Part shown: positions 18,301 to 26,743 of the stretch, in pieces
How positions within the stretch are numbered: the stretch's first letter is position 1
How the letters are laid out: each line of letters opens with the position of its first letter
Source of the DNA: a virus
Direction: 5' to 3' (one strand)
IMG/VR virus record: IMGVR_UViG_3300010163_000045
Coordinates: 1-52,545 of that record
DNA length: 52,545 nucleotides
Made by a program: the position numbers and the translations under genes
Notes under the pieces: generated by a model
Databases searched by the model: none
The model's input: only the letters and a program-made list of their open reading frames with translations
What the model was told of the DNA's origin: nothing

Positions 18301-19169
18301 AGAACATGAAGACGGCAGTAAGCAATACAATCAATAATTTGAAGACTGCAGTAACAAATACGTTCAATAACATTAAGTCCAGTCTGTGTAACATAACAGA
18401 TAATATCAAGAGCTCTGTATCGCAGACGTTCGAGAATTTGAAGACGGCTATGTCCAATGCAGTAAACAATGCCAAGCAGTTAGTAGTCAATGCAATGACC
18501 AACGCAAAGAATGGTGTTGTGAATGTTTGGAATGGAATCACCGATACGTTTGCCAGCATCGGTAGAAATATCATACAAGGTATTATCAATGGTATCGGTA
18601 GTATGGTATCCAGTCTATATGAAAGCATTAAGAGTGCATTGTCCGGATTGGTGGATAAGGCGAAGAGTGCTTTGGGTATCAATTCACCGTCCAGAGTGAT
18701 GCGGGATAAGATTGGTAAGTGGTTGCCGCCTGGTATTGCTGCCGGGTTTGAATCTGCAATGTCCAAAGCAACAAAGGATATGCAGAAGTCGTTGGATGAT
18801 GGCATTGATGACCTTGAGGCTGAGGACGTTAGTGTTGGTGTACAGAGTGATATGAGAGGAGCGATGACGTCAGTCGCCGAATACTTTGAATCGATTGAAG
18901 CAAGGTTGGCTGCTTCGGTAGCAAGCATGCGGAGTAATTTGGAATACTTGATAGCGGTTGGTACTGCTGTGGCAAATGGCACGCCAATTGGATATATCGG
19001 GTATGGTGGAGTGTTCAGAGGTGGCGATGTTAAAGATGACCCGGATACGCCCAATGGTGGCGGTGGCATAAGGAATTACAATTTCTATACCACCAAATCA
19101 ATTGATGAGATTGAGGCTGCTAAGCAAATGCAGAGGGCTGAACGGGATATGGCAGAAGGATTTGCATAA
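15315..19169 (+). CDS. Tail tape measure protein
   Basis: 1284 aa, the largest ORF, with a hydrophobic central segment. A long array of degenerate WNAIKTTVSTVVNAIKST-type repeats is present. Confidence 0.9.
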   Translation: MVKAVAVDVGSAVGYLDLDISGFLANLRTAQSEGEKASSNLVTKIGGGITNVGKSLSSVGTSLTKSVTTPLLGIGGVVIKTSADFESAMSKVQAISGATGADFDKLNAKAREMGAKTKFSASESAEAFQYMAMAGWDVDSMLGGISGVMNLAAASGEELGTVSDIVTDAMTAFGLSAKETSKVLKDGVEVEVDNTTRFVDALAAASNSSNTNVAMLGESFKYVAPVAGALGYSVEDVAVALGLMANQGIKSSMAGTSLRTMLTNMANPTDTMAAAMQTLGVSLQDDEGNMKSLMEVMQDLRKGFGGGKMDAAEFQKSIAEIDTAFQSGEMSEEEYEQAINDLCVAMYGAEGAQKAQLAAQLAGKQGMAGLLAIVNSTDEDFQNLTESIYNASGTSQEMADIMQNNLSGQLTILMSSLQELALQFGEILLPYVKQFVEWIQQLVIKFQGMDEEQKKQIVKWAAIAAAIGPVILVVGKVVTAFGSIITTFGKIPGMITKLKSGFGLLKAAIGGLSAPVVAIIAVIATLVAAFKHLWDTNEEFRNKITAIWDGIKQKFQDFAQGIVDRLNALGFDFENFTEVISAVWNEFCNLLAPVFEAAFQIISDVLGGVLDVLTGLFDIFAGLFTGNWEQCWNGVKEVFGGIWDAIVGIFTGVLDALKGVADVVLGWFGTSWDECWTSIKDFFVGIWEGIKSFFEGIVNGIKSFASNAWNAIKTTVTTVFSAISNFFSTIWNAIYTTVSNVVSNIYGFISSIFNTIRDTISSVMNTIWSTIQTVWNTIYNTIKSVLDTIWQTIKSIFDTIYNTIKSVLDTIWNTIQSVWNNILYAITLVVVGIQNVIQNIFGAIKDFLSGNVEECKNKLHTAWTTIKNLITELVNTIRNTINVVFEAIKNIITTIMNAIQTVITNIWNAIKTTVSTVVNAIKSTINTVWNAIKTIIQTVMNGIQTVITNVWNAIKNTVSTVVNAIKSTLETVWNAIKTTISNIVNGIKQTVSQTFENMKTAVSNTINNLKTAVTNTFNNIKSSLCNITDNIKSSVSQTFENLKTAMSNAVNNAKQLVVNAMTNAKNGVVNVWNGITDTFASIGRNIIQGIINGIGSMVSSLYESIKSALSGLVDKAKSALGINSPSRVMRDKIGKWLPPGIAAGFESAMSKATKDMQKSLDDGIDDLEAEDVSVGVQSDMRGAMTSVAEYFESIEARLAASVASMRSNLEYLIAVGTAVANGTPIGYIGYGGVFRGGDVKDDPDTPNGGGGIRNYNFYTTKSIDEIEAAKQMQRAERDMAEGFA

Positions 19170-19191
19170 TGTAGGAAAGGAGTGGTGACCG

Positions 19192-20094
19192 ATGGTCGAA
19201 AATATAAAACTTTTGAATATGGCTACGAATGCATTATTGGAGCTGGATATGGTCACCACTCCATACTACATTCTGGAGTCAGCAACATGGGGAGAGGTTG
19301 AAGGAACGCATCACAGTTATAAATACGTCAATCAGATTGGTGTATACGTAACCGGTACCAGTTTAGGCACCAGGGACGTAGAAGTGGTCGGTTGGGTGAT
19401 AGCGGATACTGAAGGCCAAATGACGGACCGGAAAGCAATGTTAAATCGGTTCGTCAATCCACAGCAATTGATTGAGATGACGTACAGCAAGTACAAATTG
19501 AAGTTCCTACCAAATAAGTCAATCCAGTACAGTGCTAATTTGGTTGAGAACAACGAGGTGATGTGTAAGTTTAAGATAACCGGTATGGCAGCAGACCCGT
19601 TATTCAAGGATACCAATGATGATAAGGTGTCTGCTGCATCCACCAAAGCGTTGTTCCATTTCCCGCTGATAATCAATAAGACTACTCAGAACCCACCAAC
19701 AGTAGTGTTTGGTGTAAGAGAGCCGAGCTTGATTGTAAACGTGTTCAATTCTGGAGCAGTTGGCACCGGCATGAAGATTGTGTTCAAAGCATTGGGAACA
19801 TTGACCGGTCCGTCGCTGATAAATGTGTATACTCAGGATTATTTCAAGTTGAATAAAACTCTGTATGCAGGTGACGTGGTGGAGGTTTATACGACCATAG
19901 GAGAGAAGAAAGTGGTGGCAAAGATAAACGGTATTGAGACTAATTATTTCAGATATCGTGATTTAGACTCCACATGGCTCCAGTTGGACGTTGGTGACAA
20001 TCTGTTTCGGTATGATGCAGATGCAGGGATTGATAATCTGGAGGTATACATATACTTCTCGAATAAGTATTTGGAGGTTCAGGAATGTTATTAG
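19192..20094 (+). CDS. Distal tail protein (Dit)
   Basis: 300 aa directly after the tape measure. Confidence 0.65.
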   Translation: MVENIKLLNMATNALLELDMVTTPYYILESATWGEVEGTHHSYKYVNQIGVYVTGTSLGTRDVEVVGWVIADTEGQMTDRKAMLNRFVNPQQLIEMTYSKYKLKFLPNKSIQYSANLVENNEVMCKFKITGMAADPLFKDTNDDKVSAASTKALFHFPLIINKTTQNPPTVVFGVREPSLIVNVFNSGAVGTGMKIVFKALGTLTGPSLINVYTQDYFKLNKTLYAGDVVEVYTTIGEKKVVAKINGIETNYFRYRDLDSTWLQLDVGDNLFRYDADAGIDNLEVYIYFSNKYLEVQECY

Positions 20095-21233
20095 ACAAGA
20101 AGATTGAGATAACGATTTTCGAAATGAACGATACCACGTTCGAGCCTATTGGGCAGTTGGACGAGTATACGTCATTGATGTGGCCTGATGCATTCCTCGG
20201 CAAAGCGATGTTCCAGTTATGGGCACCGATAACCGATAGCAATGCAGAGAAGTTGAAGGCCGACAGAGTAATATGGTGTGGTGGTGAGAATGCTGCCATA
20301 ATCAAGATTGTAAAAGAGACGGTCAATGAGGATGGCGAGAAAGAGTTCAATGTAAAAGGTTGGACGCTGGAAATTTTGCTTGTTGACAAAATCGTTGAAG
20401 GGATGTATAATAAAAGTGGGAAGAATTTTACCAGTACGCTTATGTATGATATGGTGAACAAGTATGCCATCAATCCTACGAACCCGAAAAACAAGATACC
20501 GTATCTGGTTAATGCTGCAGACCAGCATCTCGGCAAGCAGGTGAATGGATACCAGAAGACTGGTGGCAGTTTGTATGATGTGCTTTATAGTAATGCATCT
20601 GCAGCAGATATTGGGTTTAGCGTACTGTTCGACCCGAGAGCAAAGAGGTTGGTATTTGAGGTGAGGTCAGGAGTAGACCACACACAAGAGCAAACGGAGA
20701 ATGAGCCGGTGGTATTCTCAACGGCATTGGAGGACGTGTTGTCCAGTTCATACTATCTGAATATTGAGGACGTCAAAAACGTGGCAATGGTTCAGGGTGA
20801 GGAAAAGAATGGGCAAAGGACTACGGTGTTCGTTGGTGATATAAATGCGGCCGGTATGGCAAGAAAAGTCCTTTACGTTGACGCAAGAGATTTGCAGTCT
20901 GAAATATATGATGATGCAGGCAACCCACATACGTTGACTGCTGCCCAGTATCAGGCAACATTGATTCAGCGTGGTGAGGAGAAGTTGGCGGAGCATCAGA
21001 AGACGGAAACATTTGAGGCACAGATACGTCAGTTTGGTGACGTACAGTATGAATTCGGTAAAGACTACCAAAAGGGAGACAAGGTGACCGTAGTTGATGA
21101 ACAGTTAGGGTTATCGGTATCCGCAAGAATAACAAGTGTGGAAGAAGATTTCGATGATGAGTATGCTCTGGTGTTGACGTTTGGTTACTCATATCCAACG
21201 TTGCTGCAAAGAGCAAGACGTTCATTCGGATAG
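20085..21233 (+). CDS. Tail hub / Gp37-like baseplate protein
   Basis: 382 aa following Dit. N-terminus is IEITIFEMNDTTFEPIGQLDEYTSLMWPDAFLGKAMFQLWAP. Confidence 0.5.
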   Translation: MLLDKKIEITIFEMNDTTFEPIGQLDEYTSLMWPDAFLGKAMFQLWAPITDSNAEKLKADRVIWCGGENAAIIKIVKETVNEDGEKEFNVKGWTLEILLVDKIVEGMYNKSGKNFTSTLMYDMVNKYAINPTNPKNKIPYLVNAADQHLGKQVNGYQKTGGSLYDVLYSNASAADIGFSVLFDPRAKRLVFEVRSGVDHTQEQTENEPVVFSTALEDVLSSSYYLNIEDVKNVAMVQGEEKNGQRTTVFVGDINAAGMARKVLYVDARDLQSEIYDDAGNPHTLTAAQYQATLIQRGEEKLAEHQKTETFEAQIRQFGDVQYEFGKDYQKGDKVTVVDEQLGLSVSARITSVEEDFDDEYALVLTFGYSYPTLLQRARRSFG

Positions 21234-21251
21234 AAAGGAGGTGGATGGACA

Positions 21252-22637
21252 ATGGCTCAGGAATGTGGATTTTTCAATGCCCAGTTGGTAGGCGAAGAAT
21301 ATGACCGAGTATATTTGGCAGAACAGTTTGCTGCATACTTCGCCAGTTTCATTGGTAATGGTATCTTTGGAAAGAGTATGCAGAAGTTGGAAGTGCTGGC
21401 CCAGACGTCACCAAATATGTCAATTAAGGTACTGTCTGGCGAAGCATGGATAAATGGATGGTGGTATCGGAATACCGAAGAGTATACGTTATCATTGGAC
21501 GTTGCAGATGGTGTACTGAATCGGATTGATGCAATCGTTCTGAGGTGGGGTAATCAGGAAAGGGATATGTGGCTGCAGGTAATCAAAGGAATAGCATCGA
21601 GCAGTCCGGTGGCTCCGGCAATCCGTAGGGATGCAGACTATTACGATTTGCAGTTAGCAACGGTGTCGATTGTTAAGGGTGCAATCAAGATAACCCAATC
21701 AGCAATCGACGATACCAGATTGGCAACAGCAAAGTGTGGTCTGGTTACTGGAGTAGTTGACCAGATTGATACCACAGGTCTGTATAACCAATTCGAGCAG
21801 TACTTTGCAGAGTTTAAGGTTACATACGAAAAGGACTATGCAGATTGGACGGCAGCTCAGAAAGCGGCATATATGGCATATATCAGCAATCAGCAGAAGC
21901 TGTATGAAGATTGGGTGCATCAGAAGCAAACCGATTACGATACGTGGACTGCAGATAAGATGGCAGAGTACATTGCATGGACGGCTGCTTCCAGAAAGAG
22001 CTATGAAGATTGGATTGCAGCTCAGGAAGACGAATTCATCAAGTGGATGCTGTCCAACAAAAATCTGTACGATACGTGGACTGCAGAGCAGAGGGCAAAC
22101 TACGAAGCGTGGGTTGCTGCATCCGAGAAAGATTATGATGACTGGACTGATGCCCAAAAAGAAGAATACCTGAAGTGGATTGCCAAACAGCAGTTGGATT
22201 TCAGGACGTGGTATGATAGCCACACGAAGACGTGGACAAAAGAGTTCGAAGATTGGTTTGCCAGTATCAAGGATAAATTCAGCAGTGATATTGCAGGCGC
22301 ATTGCAGTTGCAGATTGATGACCAGCAGAAGCTGATTGATAACCTTTATGATATGTTGTATGATGGTTGGCTGCGTTCTCCGGTTATGGGTACAGATGGA
22401 TACTACATAAAAGCATCTGACGGCTCATACCTGATGGGTATTCAGCCTACTACGAAAACTCTGCAGGCGCAGATAAAGGTCAATAGTATTGCAATCGGTA
22501 ACATCCTGGATATGTTGGTTAGCAAGCAGTTATTGGTGCCGGCAGTATCAAGCAATTCAGGTGAGTATATCCGAGGTACTGATGGTTCGTATCTGATGTT
22601 TACGGAACCGTTATGCAAATGTGAAAATGAAAATTGA
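21252..22637 (+). CDS. Tail fibre / baseplate protein with a Trp-rich repeat stalk
   Basis: 461 aa. N-terminus is GFFNAQLVGEEYDRVYLAEQFAAYFASFIGNGIFG. The centre carries DYxxWTxxQ-type repeats. Confidence 0.5.
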   Translation: MAQECGFFNAQLVGEEYDRVYLAEQFAAYFASFIGNGIFGKSMQKLEVLAQTSPNMSIKVLSGEAWINGWWYRNTEEYTLSLDVADGVLNRIDAIVLRWGNQERDMWLQVIKGIASSSPVAPAIRRDADYYDLQLATVSIVKGAIKITQSAIDDTRLATAKCGLVTGVVDQIDTTGLYNQFEQYFAEFKVTYEKDYADWTAAQKAAYMAYISNQQKLYEDWVHQKQTDYDTWTADKMAEYIAWTAASRKSYEDWIAAQEDEFIKWMLSNKNLYDTWTAEQRANYEAWVAASEKDYDDWTDAQKEEYLKWIAKQQLDFRTWYDSHTKTWTKEFEDWFASIKDKFSSDIAGALQLQIDDQQKLIDNLYDMLYDGWLRSPVMGTDGYYIKASDGSYLMGIQPTTKTLQAQIKVNSIAIGNILDMLVSKQLLVPAVSSNSGEYIRGTDGSYLMFTEPLCKCENEN

Positions 22638-22651
22638 AAGGAGAAAACAAA

Positions 22652-24199
22652 ATGGCAGGAGTAGTTGCTGGAGAGGGTAAGACGTTAAAAGATTATCCTC
22701 AGACGACAGAAGCAAACGCGAATGACCTTATCATGGTGGAGTCACCTACAGAGGGTACACGCGCAATGAAGTTTGGCGAGATTGCCGCCAATGTAGCGGA
22801 GCAGATGGCTGATACGCCCGAGTACGTTGCATTGAATAATCAGGCGCAGCAGGCTATCGATAGTGCCAATACGGCAGTTCAGACGGCCAACACTGCAGTG
22901 GAAAACCTGCAGCAGTATGACACCAGATTGGGCGAGATGGAAGATGCCCAGGATACATTGACCACTGCAATGGGTAATAAGCAGAACAAGGCTACCGACC
23001 CGAAAGAGTTGGGAGCTGGTTATCTGTACCAGCAGTCCGATGGTTCTGTGGTACTGACTGAGGCAAACCCGAAGTTCAAGTACACCATCATCGTGGATAA
23101 CGGAACAGACGGTACGGTCACGGCAGTTGAGTATGCAGATGATGCAGTCGGTATTACACCGGCGTCCGGAGCCAATTTGGGTGGATGGGCAAACACGGAG
23201 TTGCTGAAAGAATACTTCCGTCCTTGTGTAATCAAGAAGGGAGCTGATTCGCCGGCATATTTCCTGAACCCGAATAACCTGAAGAAGAAGTTGGATGATA
23301 CCGCATCGGTATTGACTGGAGCCGATGGTGACGTAATGGTTCAGGTCAAGAAGATGTATGGTAAGATTTCGAAGGTGGCTAATGGCAAGGTTGCAATTTC
23401 CATCAGTAACGTCCGCGAAGACGGTTCGTGGTTCTGTTGGAATGAGGTTGCAGGAGTGGAGAAAGAGTATCGGTATCGTGGTCGTTATATGGCTGGTTTT
23501 GCTACCGGTGATGAAACCATGATGCGTTCGATTTCTGGAGTACCGAAGACGGTCAACAAGACCAGGGCGGCGTTCAGGACTTTGGCAACAGCAATGGGGC
23601 CTCAGTATTGCCAGAATGATATCTATATGATTTTCTTATGGCAGTTCATGTACCTGCTGATGTATAAGAACCGGAACAGCCAGAGCGCTTTGGGACAGGG
23701 CAGGTCGCTGAGTTCCAATACCGCAAATGTGAACACTGGGTGGTCCGATAACTATGGCTGCTGCTTTGGTGACCAGGGTGGTGTCAATGGTGTGGTATTC
23801 CTCTGGGTTGAGGATTTCTATGCTGATACATGGGAATGGGCAGACGGCGTATGTTATGTGAACAATGTTTACAAGTTGACCCGTGACCCGTCCAAGTATA
23901 ATGATACTGGAGCCGGTTATGAGATTGAGCTGGCGTCTGGAATGACTGCAGCCAATAACAACGATAAGTATATCACCAAGTTGGCAATGACCAATGATGT
24001 TCCGTTCTTACCGGTTGGCTCCGGTGGAAGCTCGGCAACGTTCTGGTGTGATAACGTTTGGGTGGCTGATGCTACTCAGGTCGTTAGATTCGGCGGCGCT
24101 TGGGCTTATGCGGCTAAGGCGGGCGCGTTCTGCTGGTATCTGGCTTATACGGCTTCGGATGCGAATTCGAGTATCGGCTCGCGTCTGTGTCGAAATTAA
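22652..24199 (+). CDS. Distal tail fibre / receptor-binding protein, DGR target
   Basis: ATG 22652 follows AGGAG (ORF open from 22634). C-terminus ...FWCDNVWVADATQVVRFGGAWAYAAKAGAFCWYLAYTASDANSSIGSRLCRN contains the VR. Confidence 0.85.
   Translation: MAGVVAGEGKTLKDYPQTTEANANDLIMVESPTEGTRAMKFGEIAANVAEQMADTPEYVALNNQAQQAIDSANTAVQTANTAVENLQQYDTRLGEMEDAQDTLTTAMGNKQNKATDPKELGAGYLYQQSDGSVVLTEANPKFKYTIIVDNGTDGTVTAVEYADDAVGITPASGANLGGWANTELLKEYFRPCVIKKGADSPAYFLNPNNLKKKLDDTASVLTGADGDVMVQVKKMYGKISKVANGKVAISISNVREDGSWFCWNEVAGVEKEYRYRGRYMAGFATGDETMMRSISGVPKTVNKTRAAFRTLATAMGPQYCQNDIYMIFLWQFMYLLMYKNRNSQSALGQGRSLSSNTANVNTGWSDNYGCCFGDQGGVNGVVFLWVEDFYADTWEWADGVCYVNNVYKLTRDPSKYNDTGAGYEIELASGMTAANNNDKYITKLAMTNDVPFLPVGSGGSSATFWCDNVWVADATQVVRFGGAWAYAAKAGAFCWYLAYTASDANSSIGSRLCRN
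24080..24188 (+). repeat. DGR variable repeat (VR)
   Basis: 109-bp ungapped alignment with 24287..24395. It has 22 mismatches, and every one lies opposite a TR adenine. Confidence 0.9.
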
Positions 24200-24286
24200 A
24201 TTTGTAACAAACATAGGTATGGAAAATCATAGGGCGACCCATGATAGTGGATTGGATGTTTGGATTTGAAAAAAATTCATTAAGAA

Positions 24287-24395
24287 GTCGTTAAATTCAG
24301 CAGCAATTGGAATAATGCAGCTAAAGCAGGCACGTTCTACTGGAATCTGAATAATACAGCTTCGAATGCGAATTCGAATATCAGCTCACGTCTGT
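24287..24395 (+). repeat. DGR template repeat (TR)
   Basis: Noncoding copy of the VR. It is adenine-rich, with nine in-frame AAT triplets. Lies between the target gene and the RT. Confidence 0.9.
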
Positions 24396-24615
24396 TATGT
24401 GTGATAATAAAGGAGCCAGTTATCAGATAAGCTCCGCAATTATATCATGGGCGTCCGTGCCTGACCTATACTGTGCTGCTACCATGAAGGAAGATGGTAG
24501 TCAGGTGGGCAAAATATTGTTGAAAAGCTGTCTTAGTAAGTGCTCATACGAGATAAGGTGAGACGAAAGGTTGGCAAACTAAACACACAAGATTAAGCGC
24601 AGGCTACTATAAGGA

Positions 24616-25719
24616 ATGGAGAGCCGGACTAAGGTGAAAAGAGCGAGTGGATTGTTCGAGCAGGTCTACGATATCGACAATTTGGTATTAGCTCACAAGA
24701 ATGCCCGCAAAAGCAAAACGTTTTACACCGAAGTTCAGATGGTGGACAGTAACCCAGGTAAATATCTGTATGAGTTGCAAGATGCTATAAAGAATCATAC
24801 GTACCGGACATCTGAGTATGAAGTGTTTGAAAAGTTCGATGGCAATAAGGTACGGGAGATATACAAGTTGCCTTATTATCCTGATAGGGTATTCCAGTGG
24901 GCTTTGATTCAAGTTATCGAACCGTACTTGCTAAAGAATTTGACTGATGACACGTACAGTGCATTGCCGGGACGAGGGACGTACAAGGCTTACAAGAAGT
25001 TGAAAAAGGCACTGAGGGTTGATGCAGTTGGTACTCAGTGGTGCCTGAAGATAGATATATCCAAATATTATCCGAGTATCGACAAACAGATACTGAAGGA
25101 TAAGTATGCAAGGCTGTTCAAGGATAAGGATTTGCTGGAATTGATTTACGAATTGATTGATAGCACGTCTGGACCTACCGGAGTGCCGATTGGCAATTAT
25201 TTCAGTCAGTACTCCGGTAATTTTTATCTGAGCGCCTTTGACCACAAAGTAAAAGAGGAATGGCACGTCAAACATTATTTCCGGTATATGGATGATATGG
25301 TGTTCCTTGCAGAAACCAAAGAAGAGTTACAACAGTTGATAAACAAGATAATTCCGTATATGCGTAACGAGCTGCATCTGACGGTGAAGTCTAACTGGAG
25401 CATTTTCAGGGTTGAAGACAGAGGTATTGATTTTGTTGGCTATGTATTCCGTCATGGTAATATAAGGCTGAGGAAACGTATCACTGGAACGTTGAGGAAA
25501 ACCAGTATGGCAATCAAACGTCGTGTTAATAAAGGAATGCTGATAAACTATCATATGTACTGTTCAATCAATAGCATGTGTGGTTGGCTCCAGCATTGCA
25601 ATGGTGACGGCTTGAAGATGAAGTACGTAGACGTAATATGGGAGCATGTTGAAGAGTATCACGACGAAGTAATCGTAAAGATGAAAAGGAGGGAAAAGGA
25701 CAATGCAAAAGCTGCATGA
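24616..25719 (+). CDS. DGR reverse transcriptase
   Basis: 367 aa with FRYMDDMVFL (YxDD) and IGNYFSQYSGNFYL (the DGR-type I/LGxxxSQ motif). Alternative GTG start at 24634. Confidence 0.9.
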   Translation: MESRTKVKRASGLFEQVYDIDNLVLAHKNARKSKTFYTEVQMVDSNPGKYLYELQDAIKNHTYRTSEYEVFEKFDGNKVREIYKLPYYPDRVFQWALIQVIEPYLLKNLTDDTYSALPGRGTYKAYKKLKKALRVDAVGTQWCLKIDISKYYPSIDKQILKDKYARLFKDKDLLELIYELIDSTSGPTGVPIGNYFSQYSGNFYLSAFDHKVKEEWHVKHYFRYMDDMVFLAETKEELQQLINKIIPYMRNELHLTVKSNWSIFRVEDRGIDFVGYVFRHGNIRLRKRITGTLRKTSMAIKRRVNKGMLINYHMYCSINSMCGWLQHCNGDGLKMKYVDVIWEHVEEYHDEVIVKMKRREKDNAKAA

Positions 25720-25972
25720 TATTATCTATGATGCAAAGCCGGCTACTGTGACGGTATATGATACCTCAGTTATGGTGGTTACGGCTTGCACAGAGGTTGA
25801 GGTGACCGATGAAATGTCTGGAGCAACTTCGACCAAATGGAAGTGTGAAGTAGACCAGTATACCAATGCTGAGTATATCGAAACGTTGCAGGCAAGGATG
25901 GATAATACCGAGAATCAGGCGCTGCAGGCAATGGTCGGCTTGACTGAGGTGTACGAGATGATGTTAGGATAA
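25703..25972 (+). CDS. Hypothetical protein (tail-fibre accessory position)
   Basis: 89 aa with SD AGGAGGG. Acidic, so not Avd-like. Confidence 0.55.
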   Translation: MQKLHDIIYDAKPATVTVYDTSVMVVTACTEVEVTDEMSGATSTKWKCEVDQYTNAEYIETLQARMDNTENQALQAMVGLTEVYEMMLG

Positions 25973-25985
25973 GGAGGGACAAAAG

Positions 25986-26126
25986 ATGGCTGCAGTATAT
26001 GCAAACCTTATTATTAAGGGCATCAAGCAGATTGAGCAGGTGCCTGAGGTAATACGCGAGGAGGTCAAGAACATTTTGGCTGAGCGTGGTTACCCGGAGT
26101 TGGCAGGTGGTGAAAATGCTGTGTAG
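25986..26126 (+). CDS. Small conserved protein, paralogue 1
   Basis: 46 aa reading MAAVYANLIIKGIKQIEQVPEVIREEVKNIL. Follows AAGGAGGG. Too short for the ORF track. Confidence 0.55.
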   Translation: MAAVYANLIIKGIKQIEQVPEVIREEVKNILAERGYPELAGGENAV

Positions 26127-26175
26127 TATCCGGCTTTTCATATTAAGAGTTTTGTTACGAAAGGAGGAACAAACG

Positions 26176-26307
26176 ATGGCTGAGGTTTATGCTACGCTGA
26201 TTATTAAGGGCGTGAAGACGTATGCTCAGGTTCCGGCGGTTATCAAGCCGAAAGTGAAAGCTGTGCTTGAAGCTCTGGAGCTCGGTGAGCTGGCTACAGA
26301 AGAGTAA
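26176..26307 (+). CDS. Small conserved protein, paralogue 2
   Basis: 43 aa reading MAEVYATLIIKGVKTYAQVPAVIKPKVKAVL. Follows AAGGAGG. Confidence 0.55.
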   Translation: MAEVYATLIIKGVKTYAQVPAVIKPKVKAVLEALELGELATEE

Positions 26308-26325
26308 GATTCAGGAGGAACCGGT

Positions 26326-26637
26326 ATGAGTGAAGATTTTATCTCACGGCCTGAACACGAAGAGTTCGTCAAGAGGATGGACGAGGCGAATGAACGCCAG
26401 AGTAAGCGCATCAGTATTCTTGAGGACACAGTCCGCAATTTTGCTCAGGTGCAGGCATCAATGCAAAAGATGGAAACAATCATGGACTCTACTTTGAAAG
26501 AGATTGAGAAGCAGGGTAAACGGTTGGAGAGCCTTGAGGCAAAAGATGGAGAAATGTGGCGCAAAGTAGTGGGGTATATCGTCACGGCTATTGTAGGCAT
26601 TGTGATAGGCTTCGTGTTCAAGCAATTAGGAATGTAG
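26326..26637 (+). CDS. XhlA-like coiled-coil protein with a C-terminal membrane anchor (lysis accessory)
   Basis: 103 aa with an N-terminal coiled coil and a C-terminal TM (VVGYIVTAIVGIVIGFVF). Occupies the canonical post-fibre lysis position. Confidence 0.5.
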   Translation: MSEDFISRPEHEEFVKRMDEANERQSKRISILEDTVRNFAQVQASMQKMETIMDSTLKEIEKQGKRLESLEAKDGEMWRKVVGYIVTAIVGIVIGFVFKQLGM

Positions 26638-26652
26638 GTTTGTGTAAGGAGT

Positions 26653-26684
26653 GGCGGTGTGCAGGTGCATGCCGTCATTTCTTT
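26653..26684 (+). terminator. Hairpin plus U-rich tract ending the late operon
   Basis: GGCGGTGTGCA..TGCATGCCGTC stem (with G-U pairs) followed by ATTTCTTT. Confidence 0.5.
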
Positions 26685-26714
26685 ATATTTCCAAAAATTT
26701 CCAGAAAATATTTG

Positions 26715-26743
26715 TTGCCATTTCGTATACCATGGCGTATACT
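26715..26743 (+). promoter_or_regulatory. Early-family promoter
   Basis: TTGCCA, 17 nt, TATACT. Confidence 0.6.

Noticed and set aside
17400-18480. Repeat array considered as CRISPR-like
   Set aside because: The repeats are in-frame protein-coding units of the tape measure, diverged and without spacers. No cas genes are present.
17825-19069. 414-aa ORF on the minus strand
   Set aside because: It is an antisense shadow of the repeat region of the tape measure gene. It is repetitive and hydrophobic, and unsupported by context.
23994-24269. 91-aa + strand ORF spanning the VR and the target-gene stop
   Set aside because: It is out of frame with the fibre gene, Arg-rich and lacks an SD. The region is fully explained by the fibre C-terminus and the DGR VR.
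25703-25972. Possible Avd accessory protein of the DGR
   Set aside because: The protein is acidic and does not resemble the basic four-helix-bundle Avd. It is more likely a fibre accessory protein.
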